This document shows, piece after piece, positions 42,108 to 51,740 of a stretch of DNA of 64,000 nt. The translations under genes were made by a program, and so were the position numbers. How positions within the stretch are numbered: the first letter of the stretch is position 1; each line of letters begins with the position of its first letter. Origin of the DNA: a virus. The stretch is taken from IMG/VR virus record IMGVR_UViG_3300027801_000019, positions 3,617 to 67,616 of that record. The stretch is one strand, 5' to 3'. The notes beneath the pieces are model-generated. The model saw nothing but the letters and a program-made list of their open reading frames with translations. It ran no database searches and was not told the origin of the DNA.

Positions 42108-43178
42108 GTGACGATATGAAACATACTCACGAGTATAAAGATGGTAAGTGTGAGGTCTGTCGCAAATGGGAAAATGTATGTCCTTGTGGAAATTGTCAGA
42201 GAATGCACACTGAGTTTATAGCAGACTATTGTTTGGAGTGGCAATGCACCCAAGCTGAAGTTTTACAATACTTTGCGGGGTTAGATAAAAGCCAAGCATA
42301 CCCAGTAAAAATAGATGAGGTGGTTGAATGACTGATGAATCTCCATTATGTAGCAATTGCGAAAACAAAGCAACCACTCAAGATAATATCTATTGTCCTA
42401 CATCTCATTATGCGTGTGATGACTGGCAATGTATCAAGATGGCTGCGCTTGCGCTATGGGAAGATTCACACGAAACGGTTCTTGGATTAGAAGAGGTGAG
42501 CGAATGAGTACTGAATGCTTTTACTGCAAACAAGAAATATGGGAGCAGCCTGCTGAAGCAGGGGTTTGGGGAGGCGACTGGTATTCTGGTTGTGAAGTAT
42601 GTGGGTGGCACTGTGAAATGGATAAAGAAGATATACCACGCATCAGACAACAATTAAATCTTAACCAAATAGTAGTGTTGAAGAAAAGTCTTAATATTTT
42701 ATACAAAAAGATGCTTAGAGATTCACCACGATACGGTAAGACTATCTATAACCCAGAAACATTCAATGACCAGCTTGAGATACTTAGGGAAATAACGGAA
42801 CAACTTGTTGAATACGGTGATGAAGAATGAATGCTATAATTACTCAAGAAGGTTGGTGGCGTTGTAAGGTTTGTAGCCATCCCAATACCGCATTCGAGTC
42901 ATTTTGTGTGGAGTGTTCGTGGCATAGGTGGTGGAGTGAGCAATATGTCTAACACTAAAAAATTAGAATTACTTCCCTCGATAGCCGATTGCAAGTTTTG
43001 GTTGTATATACCACTTAAAGAATTATCAAAAACTCAAATAGCAGAAATAATATCAATTCTTGCACCACGAAGTATGTCATGGCAAAATAATTACGAGTTA
43101 TATGTTGAGTTTAAAACAATTTCTTCTGGTAATCTTTTTATAGAGGCTGCCGAGAAAATAATGAATGGAGATGATTAA
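42104..43178 (+). other. Small ORF chain, several Cys-rich
   Basis: 42104-42331, 42429-42830, 42906-43178 plus shorter linking ORFs. Confidence 0.6.
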
Positions 43179-43180
43179 AA

Positions 43181-43495
43181 ATGGGAGATGTGGAATACAA
43201 AAAACTTACAAAATTAGGGAATGCTTATTCAATTAAAATCTTACAAAACATAGAAAACTTAATGGTTGAGCTTAATGTGAATGTTCCTGAAAATGGTCTT
43301 ACTACTCGTGATATAGCAAGTCTATTAACACAAAAAAGAGTAAGTCACGATGGAAAGAGGATAATAAATAATTATGGTCTTCCATCTATACACAAACTTG
43401 CTATGTTATTAAAAAGAGATGTAAGATTTATGGCATACAAGCGAACAGTGAAAGCAACGACTCAATGGAGTTTGGTTTTTAATGAAGAGGAATAA
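43181..43495 (+). CDS. Winged-helix-like DNA-binding protein
   Basis: GLTTRDIASLL..IHKLAMLLKRD.RF..QW pattern. Confidence 0.55.
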   Translation: MGDVEYKKLTKLGNAYSIKILQNIENLMVELNVNVPENGLTTRDIASLLTQKRVSHDGKRIINNYGLPSIHKLAMLLKRDVRFMAYKRTVKATTQWSLVFNEEE

Positions 43496-43608
43496 GAATG
43501 TCATTCGGTGGGTTTATATACTACGGCGACTATGTAATACTGTGGCGAATGTGAGCGGACAAAAAACAGAGCCAACAAAACAATGAAACAAAAAGGAGAT
43601 GAAAACAA

Positions 43609-44400
43609 ATGAGCGATGCAAAACGACAATATAAGCAATATATCACACTTGATTTAAAGTTTGATGAACCACAAGCACCCGATAGTGTCTGGAGGACATT
43701 ATACACTAACGGTATAGCCGTTAAAAGTGGAGGCCAAGATGGATATAGCCACCAAAACTTCAATAGGGTTCAAACCAAGAAGATTATTAGGATTTCAAGT
43801 CCACTTTCGGTTAATACCGTTGACTTAAGGTATATTACCGATGAAACTAAGAAAGTCTTAGATGCAATACTACCTGATATGTGGTCTTCAGAAAAGATTA
43901 CACTTGAAGATGATATTCAATCAAATCGTGTATTTGAACCTGATTACTTCGCTGTTAAAGCAGATTCTTTAGTGGGTAGCAATATGAAGAGTTGGTGGAA
44001 TACTGATGACTCAGATTGGATTGATGACATTAAATATCTAAACCAAGAGTTTGGATTCAATGCTAATATCAACATCTATGACTTCAAGGTTTCCCCATCT
44101 GTTGATGGTGCGGGCTATGTTGAGTCTTTACAATTCAAGATGTTCCTTAGAACTTCCAATCAGAAACTATTCAATGCTAATGAAGCGGAGCTTAATACCT
44201 ATGTGTTGGGCAACATTCTAAAAGCTTGTCTTGCTGTTGGCACATACCAACACGCATTCTCATGTGCTGGTGAAATTGAAGTGGAGAAGTCAGTATCATG
44301 TGCTCGATTCAACAAAAACGATGTAGTTATTACAGATGCAGAATTAGATACGGTAATGGCTCAAGCAGTCGCAGAAGCCCTTAGGGATGAGGAAGAATGA
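43609..44400 (+). CDS. Hypothetical protein (263 aa)
   Basis: Own TATA at about 43514, AGGAGA RBS. Confidence 0.75.
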   Translation: MSDAKRQYKQYITLDLKFDEPQAPDSVWRTLYTNGIAVKSGGQDGYSHQNFNRVQTKKIIRISSPLSVNTVDLRYITDETKKVLDAILPDMWSSEKITLEDDIQSNRVFEPDYFAVKADSLVGSNMKSWWNTDDSDWIDDIKYLNQEFGFNANINIYDFKVSPSVDGAGYVESLQFKMFLRTSNQKLFNANEAELNTYVLGNILKACLAVGTYQHAFSCAGEIEVEKSVSCARFNKNDVVITDAELDTVMAQAVAEALRDEEE

Positions 44401-45692
44401 GTTTAAGACAAATTGTCTTAGACAAAATCTCCGGTCTATTAGAAAGCGGTGAGAGCCATCACTTTGAAGCCTTTGGTGAAAGCAGGGGTATGCAAGCAAA
44501 ACTTGTTGATGGTAAAATAGCTTCTTGGGAAATGTGGGGAAGGGGAGGTCAAGAATGTCATATATACCCCGAACCTGTTTCTTCTATGTATGCGGCATTA
44601 TGTGTAGTCAAAGCCCTCGTTGATGAGAAGGATGGCGACCCTCGTTATGCTGCTCACTCAGAAGAGTTTTACGATTTCTGGAACTCGCCTGAAGGTAGAG
44701 AAATGTGCGTTGAAGCAAAAAGGAAGGATGATTGAGGATGGTAAGTGATAATTCTAAACCGAAGACAATACCACTGGGTGTTGCCAAGTGGATTCTTAAA
44801 CAACAACTCGCTGATGAAAACTTTGAAGGTATGTATTTACTTCTTGACAATATAATTTCAAGAACTCGGGTGATTGAAGATGATGTGTAAAATTACAAAG
44901 TGGAATCCTGAAGGGGAACATGATTGGTGTCTTGATGAAGCAAGCGGTGAAAGCCCTGAGCATATTATGCTTTGGCTTGGTTGCATTAATGCTTGTGGCT
45001 ACCAAAGAAGAGTTAATTTCAATATCATTACTGGTGTTAAGACCTTTGATAGAATAGAGTTAATAAAAACAGGGGTTTTAATATGAATGAGGATATAACT
45101 TGTGTTCAAGCACAATATCCCATGTATCTTGAGTTTGATGTTTCCGATGTTGATATGAAGGAAGTTAAAGAATGTTGTGTAAAATACGGAACTCTATTCA
45201 TTGAGTATCTTGATGGAACAATACAAGAAATAGATTCATACACAGAATATGAGCCGGATATGAAGCATCCCGAAGAAGTCAAATACTTTACTGCTGAAAG
45301 TATGGAAATCGAGGATGCAAAAATACAACTTAAGGATTTAGTGAATCAAGAAAATGTCTGGAGGAAGAATAATGAGAGTTAAACCTTTCAAAGATAAAAA
45401 GATAACTTATTTGACTTTGGCGAACCAAGAACTTAGCCAAGTAATTAGGAAGTTATTAGTTATTTATCCGGTTGAATCTTGGCCTAACGATAACGACCAC
45501 AACCTTATTAAACTGTCGCTTACAGACCTAAGATTGCTCACCCCTCCCCCGTCAATACCCGTCTTTGAATATGAATGTTCTCAGTGTGGTAGAGAAGTAA
45601 CAAAAACTCAAGCATCTGGTAGAGTAGCCAGATGTAAGTCTTGTTACGCTACATGGAAGCGTGAGCAAAGAGCAAGACTCAAGAGGGATTAA
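44397..45692 (+). other. Small ORF chain
   Basis: 44397-44735, 44874-45086, 45083-45382 (acidic), 45354-45692 (CSQC..CKSC). Confidence 0.65.
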
Positions 45693-45694
45693 AA

Positions 45695-46000
45695 ATGGGA
45701 TTTCATACTACAACAAAAGGTGGCAAGCGAGGCGTTAGACTAAAGAGAGAGATTTACATAATCCTCCATGCAGCCGAAGAAGGGATGACTACCAGACAGA
45801 TTTATGAACAATTATGTTCTTCGCCATGTAAGCGATTTATTAACGGAACTGTGCAAGTAGCACAACATCTTAAGCGTATGAAAGGTGTTGAGCAAGATTT
45901 GGGCATGGCATATGGTCTCGATTCTCAATATAGTGCTAAACTGTGGGTTCTTACACACCCTGAAGAGTTTATAGAGTGGTTCGGCGAAGAGATACCATGA
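45695..46000 (+). CDS. Winged-helix-like protein
   Basis: GMTTRQIYEQL..VQVAQHLKRM..LW. Confidence 0.55.
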   Translation: MGFHTTTKGGKRGVRLKREIYIILHAAEEGMTTRQIYEQLCSSPCKRFINGTVQVAQHLKRMKGVEQDLGMAYGLDSQYSAKLWVLTHPEEFIEWFGEEIP

Positions 46001-46848
46001 CCGAAGGTATTATTACCATAGACCTATCTCACAAATCAACCAAAATAGACGCTTACTCTGGTTGGTCTTCTGAAAGAAGATTTTTACCCTATCTTACTAT
46101 ACTAAACCAAGATGGAATAGAAATAATTTTTTCTGGCTATGATACAGTTTGGCAACTTCTTGATACGATTTGCTATAAGATTCCTTTGGGGAGAAATAAT
46201 TTCAACCCAGTTTTAAAACATAGGGTTCAGCACACCGATTTAACCTCGCTTGAGATATTACGGGGTATTTTCTCTGAGTCGGATTTACCAAAAATTACTA
46301 TACAGGGGATGCACACAGAAGAAAATGTTTTTGTGGCTGACCATACATATTCTCACTACGATGAAGATTTACAACCTTCGTTATTTTATATAGCATCTAT
46401 TCTCGAGGACAAAAAATCTGAAACTATTGTTTTTGGTAACTATAACTTCATAGCAAGAAACAGGGATAGTGAAAATAAACGCACAATTATGACACTTCCT
46501 TCTATAATTGCACTAATTGAAGGTAATACAGGCTCTCTTGCGGTAATAAGAGTCGTTCAAATGCCAAATGGTAAGATGGGTATTCTATCTAACTGTGTAT
46601 TAAAAAATAAAAAATACGCCTGTTCCCCTCCAAAAATCTTCGGCAAGGATGAAACCGAAAAAATATGCAAGCATTTGGACAGTATTCTTTCAAATCGTAA
46701 CAAAATCTCATATGTGGTAGGGGAGAAATATACTTTACCGGAGTGGAAGCAGGAAATAAGTGCTGGCTCAACTGTTGCCCACCACAAATACAATTATAGC
46801 CTTCTCGAAGCAGAATTATCCTTAATTTTACAAAAAAATAATCTATGA
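45997..46848 (+). CDS. Hypothetical protein
   Basis: About 283 aa; ATGA overlap with upstream gene. Confidence 0.7.
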   Translation: MTEGIITIDLSHKSTKIDAYSGWSSERRFLPYLTILNQDGIEIIFSGYDTVWQLLDTICYKIPLGRNNFNPVLKHRVQHTDLTSLEILRGIFSESDLPKITIQGMHTEENVFVADHTYSHYDEDLQPSLFYIASILEDKKSETIVFGNYNFIARNRDSENKRTIMTLPSIIALIEGNTGSLAVIRVVQMPNGKMGILSNCVLKNKKYACSPPKIFGKDETEKICKHLDSILSNRNKISYVVGEKYTLPEWKQEISAGSTVAHHKYNYSLLEAELSLILQKNNL

Positions 46849-46859
46849 GAATGTTCTGA

Positions 46860-47098
46860 CCTTTAATTGTTTTGATTTATTAGTAAGTGGTATAAAATAT
46901 AAATGGGGCGCAGTGCATCGGTTTTGCTAATTCTTTATTAATGCTTATAGTCTGGGGTTGAAAATATGATGTTGAATATCCCCTATACTCTTACTGGTCT
47001 ATTATACCCTATAAAGGATAAAAAGAATAATGGCAATACCTGCGCAGTCAGGCGTTTATTTAATTTGGGATTGCTCAAAAGAATCAAAAGAATAGATT
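46860..47098 (+). repeat. AT-rich noncoding element, copy 2 (candidate origin or regulatory element)
   Basis: Similar to the reverse complement of 24066-24283; upstream of wHTH and MCM-like genes. Confidence 0.75.
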
Positions 47099-47139
47099 CA
47101 ACCGTTATGTTTATATGCCCCAAAGCATACAGGAATAAT

Positions 47140-47547
47140 ATGGGTAATGCGAATAGTGGGCAACAAAGGTTTGTAACAGCTGCCTATCGCTATATACAGA
47201 TTAATGGCTCAATCGCCGCTAATGAATTAGTGGATTATCTAAGAAACAATCACATTTCCAGCCGTTCTAATTTGTCTATTAGAAAGGCATCTGCTGTCTT
47301 AAACCAACACCCCATGTTTATTAGTGATGGTGAAGGTGTGGCCAGCAACGGTCAATCTAAATATGCTGTAGTGATATATGGTATAGTGAGTGAAGAAGAC
47401 ATTGTTGCTAATCTTGTTACTAAATTAAGAAATAACACATCACTATTATACTCCTTTAAAAAATACCCTGCATTTATACGCAAACAAGTCTTAGATGCCC
47501 TATCCGATTCCCCCAATATACCCCACGAGATTTTACCAAAAAACTGA
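47140..47547 (+). CDS. Winged-helix-like protein
   Basis: Start reassigned to ATG 47140 by promoter geometry; GSIAANELVDYL..RKASAVLNQHPMF. Confidence 0.6.
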   Translation: MGNANSGQQRFVTAAYRYIQINGSIAANELVDYLRNNHISSRSNLSIRKASAVLNQHPMFISDGEGVASNGQSKYAVVIYGIVSEEDIVANLVTKLRNNTSLLYSFKKYPAFIRKQVLDALSDSPNIPHEILPKN

Positions 47548-47590
47548 AAAACGAATGAGACAAAAAACGGGGGATGACTGAGGTTATCCT

Positions 47591-48937
47591 ATGACTAATA
47601 ATATATTTGAAATGGTTCAAAACTACGCTGCTCGCAATTTCTTCATTGATGTTGAAGATAAAATACCGATTTTCATTTGCTCAGTCGGAGCGCATTTGTT
47701 TAACACAATTAACAAATGTCGAGATTGTGACTTTGACCCTGAAAAGGCAGACCACACAGGCTTTGCTATACATAACTGTCCTATGAGACATGATAAACAC
47801 CCCATCTATACTCCTATGTCCAGATTGGCTGATACCCGCATTCACATTCTAATGCGTGGAGATAAGGGGTCTGGTAAATCTATTCTAATCCAATTGTTTT
47901 TAGGTGAGCATAATGGTTTGCTCTATAACAAAGAGGCTATGAACGGAGTAGGATTTAGAACAATGCTTGGCCCTAATTCTATAACTGAAGCAGGTATGTT
48001 TGGTTCGGTTGATGAAGACGGTAACATTACTGGCCGACCATTGGCTCGTGAATTGTGTGGTGGCTTTTTAGGATTTGAAGAGTTTTCATCTATGTCCGAT
48101 GCACAAAAGAAAGACCACTCGGTTGATATGAAAAACCAAATGCTAACATCAACTGACAACGGGCGGGTAATGAAAGCCATGAAGTCTGGTTGGGTTCAAT
48201 ACAATACTCGCTATACATTATGGGCAGGAACGCAACCTGCTCGGTTTGAATTAGAATCAGGTCTTGACCGCAGATTCTTTATCATTGACATTGAAATGTC
48301 TCCAGGTAAAGAATTAGAATACAAACGGGCTCAAAGAAAGCAAGCACAAATGACTAATATGGATAGAGCCGATTTGGCAGAATTGAACATAGAAATTAGT
48401 CGCTGGTTTTTAAACCGTCAATTAGAAGTAATATTATCTCCTCCAACGGGTATTATGTTTGGTGATAAAATAGAGGAGTGGTTGGAACGGCCAGAGGTTC
48501 GCTCATTTGAATCAGATTTGTTCCGCCGCTTATGTATTGGTTATACTATGATGCGAGAAGAATATGTTGGTGATGTTGTTCTTGATGTTATTATGACACC
48601 GGAGTTGGCTATGTTATTAGAGTCTTCATTGAATCAACGCAGAAATGTTATGGATGCAGACCTAATGCTTATCAAAGACACATTCTGGCAACAAGACCTA
48701 TCAAAGTCACAATTACTTAAGGAGGTTGAACGCATGATTACAAACGACTACCAAGCAGCAAAGCGGTGGATGGAAGAATCATTGATGGGTCAATCTTGGT
48801 ATTATGAATATGTGCCAAGCAAAGAGGGTCGAGGTCGCAAAGGTGTGGTATGTCGCATAGGCGCAGCTCCGACACCAGAAGTTATGAAAACCATAGGTCG
48901 TAAGATTATATGGGGCGGTAAGGAGATGACTGTATGA
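47591..48937 (+). CDS. mcm: MCM-like AAA+ helicase, short form
   Basis: IHILMRGDKGSGKS, TEAGMFG, GGFLGFEEFSSM, AGTQP, LDRRFFII correspond to MCM Walker A/B, sensor 1 and arginine finger. Confidence 0.8.
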   Translation: MTNNIFEMVQNYAARNFFIDVEDKIPIFICSVGAHLFNTINKCRDCDFDPEKADHTGFAIHNCPMRHDKHPIYTPMSRLADTRIHILMRGDKGSGKSILIQLFLGEHNGLLYNKEAMNGVGFRTMLGPNSITEAGMFGSVDEDGNITGRPLARELCGGFLGFEEFSSMSDAQKKDHSVDMKNQMLTSTDNGRVMKAMKSGWVQYNTRYTLWAGTQPARFELESGLDRRFFIIDIEMSPGKELEYKRAQRKQAQMTNMDRADLAELNIEISRWFLNRQLEVILSPPTGIMFGDKIEEWLERPEVRSFESDLFRRLCIGYTMMREEYVGDVVLDVIMTPELAMLLESSLNQRRNVMDADLMLIKDTFWQQDLSKSQLLKEVERMITNDYQAAKRWMEESLMGQSWYYEYVPSKEGRGRKGVVCRIGAAPTPEVMKTIGRKIIWGGKEMTV

Positions 48938-49155
48938 GTCCTTGTTTATGCGGTGATACCTTTTGCCCTTCATGTGGAGGTGGTTGTGTTGAATGCGATA
49001 ACAACGGCAAAGAAGAATGCGACTGCCCTTCAATGTGGGATGATGACGAAGCCATTAAAAAACTATGCCAAATAATGTGTGAGCATCTGGATTATACAGA
49101 TACCTTAACGGGTGCAGTATGTAATGACTGTGGCAAAGAGGAGTTGATTGAATGA
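48934..49155 (+). CDS. Cys-rich microprotein
   Basis: CLC..CPSC..CVEC..CNDC. Confidence 0.6.
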   Translation: MSPCLCGDTFCPSCGGGCVECDNNGKEECDCPSMWDDDEAIKKLCQIMCEHLDYTDTLTGAVCNDCGKEELIE

Positions 49156-49784
49156 GAACTCACGCAGAAATTATGCAACGCTTCCAAGAAACTGATGACG
49201 AGATTACTGAAAAGGTATTAGCGTGGGTTCTTGAAAGTGGTGATGGAGTATGTCCTATGTGCTCAAATCCAGCGCACAAAGTATGGGAGATTAAAATTAT
49301 GACTGGTCAAATTACATCAGTCCATCTTGAATCGTCACAACATTGGCCTTCGGGAACAATACAAGACCACATGGATAACCACCGACACTACGACCACGCT
49401 GAAGCTGCATACATTGAAAAGGCCAGAACGGAAAGTATAAGCACATTATCCGTAGCGGAGAATATTGCACAAAAATTAATTATCTGGATTGAAGAACTTG
49501 AAACAAGAAAGGATTCTGAGGGTATCACATCGGAGTGGGTTGCAGATGCAGCCAGACTAACTAATCAAGCAAATCAATCTTTGCGTCTTATAGGAATGTT
49601 GAAGAAAGAAATTGGTGTGGATTCACAATTACTTTTGGCTCAAAACAGGGTTGATAGTATTATGGGAATCTTGGTTCATGTTCTCGGCGACCAGCCTAAA
49701 CTATTAGATGCAGTGGAATTACGATTAGCGGCTCTAAAAGAACCGACACATATTATTGATTACGACGAGGGGGATTGGGAATGA
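49152..49784 (+). CDS. Zn/HTH plus coiled-coil protein (terminase small subunit-like architecture)
   Basis: CPMC..HMDNH followed by helical region; function inferred only. Confidence 0.4.
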   Translation: MRTHAEIMQRFQETDDEITEKVLAWVLESGDGVCPMCSNPAHKVWEIKIMTGQITSVHLESSQHWPSGTIQDHMDNHRHYDHAEAAYIEKARTESISTLSVAENIAQKLIIWIEELETRKDSEGITSEWVADAARLTNQANQSLRLIGMLKKEIGVDSQLLLAQNRVDSIMGILVHVLGDQPKLLDAVELRLAALKEPTHIIDYDEGDWE

Positions 49785-50041
49785 CAAAAGCATGGACAAA
49801 AGCAAGAACGAGAGTAATGGTGAACCGGAGAGTAACCGATGGTGATTTGTATAAATTATGGGATGCGCTTAGAGACGATGGTGTATGGATAAAGCCGACA
49901 ACACAAGGCTATCAATTCTATGCAGGTCAATATCGCATTAGCAACAAATCCATTAGCCAAGCATGGTATGTTTCTGAGAATGCTGTTCGTCGCTTGGCAT
50001 TATGGTTAATTGCAGGTAATGGTGATTCAGATTGGGAATGA
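49775..50041 (+). CDS. Hypothetical protein
   Basis: In overlap chain. Confidence 0.6.
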   Translation: MGMTKAWTKARTRVMVNRRVTDGDLYKLWDALRDDGVWIKPTTQGYQFYAGQYRISNKSISQAWYVSENAVRRLALWLIAGNGDSDWE

Positions 50042-50712
50042 TATTTTTAACTGCAGATGAACGCCCATTCAAAGAAGGCGACTATATACTAAGCCATGAT
50101 ATACAATATCTTCCAACCGCCCCCTCAACCACTTATATAGTATTCAAATCAAAAATAAAAGAGAAGGACATATTAGATTGGATAGACATTGTTTCGTTTA
50201 GACTTGTATTTGTTATTGACAAAATACCAAAACTATCTAAGGCTACCAAAGACAGAATAATTATTGACAATTCATTACTTGTTGGTAAAGAATCCTATAA
50301 TACTGCTATACAAGCCATGTTCAAATACAATGACAGGCAATATGTTTATAACTTATTAAAAAGCACTAAGACCCCTATACCTTTAGCGGTTGCATGGATG
50401 AAAGCAAACACCCGTTTTGATGCCCAGAAATGGCGGCTGTTGGCCGATGTTCAATATACCCTACCAGACTGCTATGCGTGGTCTATCATGGCGTTCTGCG
50501 TCGTTTCAAAGGGCAGAAATCCCGACTGGCCAAAGGGCAGTAAAAAGGGGGATTCATACACCCCTCCTTTACTTTGTAGGGAGTCCGATATTTACACCCA
50601 GACAATCATTGAATCGTCTGCATCTATCCGTAATGAAATTAGAGATACAATAGATGTAAAAGAGCAAAACATTATAACCCAACGGAAGGAAACGATTCTT
50701 CAGTGGTTATGA
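50038..50712 (+). CDS. Possible degenerate clamp-loader large-subunit-like protein
   Basis: Helical PIPLAVAWMKAN region reminiscent of the RFC-L collar; C-terminal ETILQWL is PIP-like. Confidence 0.35.
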   Translation: MIFLTADERPFKEGDYILSHDIQYLPTAPSTTYIVFKSKIKEKDILDWIDIVSFRLVFVIDKIPKLSKATKDRIIIDNSLLVGKESYNTAIQAMFKYNDRQYVYNLLKSTKTPIPLAVAWMKANTRFDAQKWRLLADVQYTLPDCYAWSIMAFCVVSKGRNPDWPKGSKKGDSYTPPLLCRESDIYTQTIIESSASIRNEIRDTIDVKEQNIITQRKETILQWL

Positions 50713-50913
50713 GTGACTGATGGAACAGTGTATATATTTTTATTCTTCATGCTTTGTGGTCTATTAAGAAACTTCTTTTTCTTTTGGGTAAATGGTGGTG
50801 GGAAGGATTGGAATGTTGAGTGGATGACAAAGGATAGGCGACAACTTACCGAAGGTGATTCGGAATCAATGCCTGATGCTTTTGCTATGTCTATGATGAT
50901 GGAACAAGATTAA
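50713..50913 (+). CDS. Small membrane protein
   Basis: N-terminal hydrophobic helix. Confidence 0.55.
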   Translation: MTDGTVYIFLFFMLCGLLRNFFFFWVNGGGKDWNVEWMTKDRRQLTEGDSESMPDAFAMSMMMEQD

Positions 50914-50938
50914 AAGGCTTCTATTAGTGGTATTTAGT

Positions 50939-51337
50939 ATGGCCAGAAACAGACAGGTTCGGAGAATCATTATCGAGACCCTGTGGGAACGAGGGCCGAT
51001 GACAAAAGGACAAATGTATTCTTATATTGAGAACAACCATAAACTCCTCAAAGAACCCACCGAGCATTCGCTGTCATCAATAATGAATAAGAATAGTCAA
51101 GTGATACCCGTTGGTTTTGAGATTGCCGTTACTGAATCTGGGAACAAGGCATCTCATGTTCTATTTGATATTAATAGGGAGATGATTAAAAATGGTAAGG
51201 AATTAATAATGACTATGCCGATAGCAATTTTACTTGAAAAGGAAAGGAAGGGGATTGGTCGTTGTCCTCTTTGCGCCCGTATGAGAATATTAACAAGTAA
51301 CGAAGTATGTTTAATGTGTGAGAAAGAAAGGCGTTAA
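50939..51337 (+). CDS. wHTH plus Zn-ribbon protein
   Basis: GPMTKGQMYSYI..SLSSIM; CPLC..CLMC. Confidence 0.6.
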   Translation: MARNRQVRRIIIETLWERGPMTKGQMYSYIENNHKLLKEPTEHSLSSIMNKNSQVIPVGFEIAVTESGNKASHVLFDINREMIKNGKELIMTMPIAILLEKERKGIGRCPLCARMRILTSNEVCLMCEKERR

Positions 51338-51386
51338 TAAGAGTGCAAATCGTTATGTTTATATAGTCTAAAGCATAGGGCAGTAT

Positions 51387-51740
51387 ATGGTCGAGGATGT
51401 AGCCCAATACATAGAGCCGAATAAAACGGCACACATCTCTTGGAAGATGGCAATTGAATCATCATGTGCTAATATACAATCAGGTCTTCTAAAGCATCAT
51501 GAGAAATATGGCACTGCTATCTTTCGCCCTGTAACTGTATTATCTAATGCAAATGCAGAACAATCCATTAGAATGAGAATAGATGACCGAATCCGTAAAT
51601 TACAGAATCTTGATAGAACATTTTCAATAAAAAGTGCTCATGAAGAAAGAGAGTTAATTGATGACCTAATAGGTTATCTTATTAATTTTAGAGCATACAT
51701 GGCTACACATGAACCTGATATATGGGGTGAGTTTGAATGA
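51387..51740 (+). CDS. DUF1599-like nucleotide-modification-associated all-alpha protein
   Basis: KHHEKYG..IRMRIDDRIRKLQNL..DDLIGYL pattern. Confidence 0.6.
   Translation: MVEDVAQYIEPNKTAHISWKMAIESSCANIQSGLLKHHEKYGTAIFRPVTVLSNANAEQSIRMRIDDRIRKLQNLDRTFSIKSAHEERELIDDLIGYLINFRAYMATHEPDIWGEFE

Noticed and set aside
46966-47139. N-terminal extension of ORF 46966-47547
   Set aside because: Overlaps the noncoding repeat and the TATA promoter; true start is likely 47140
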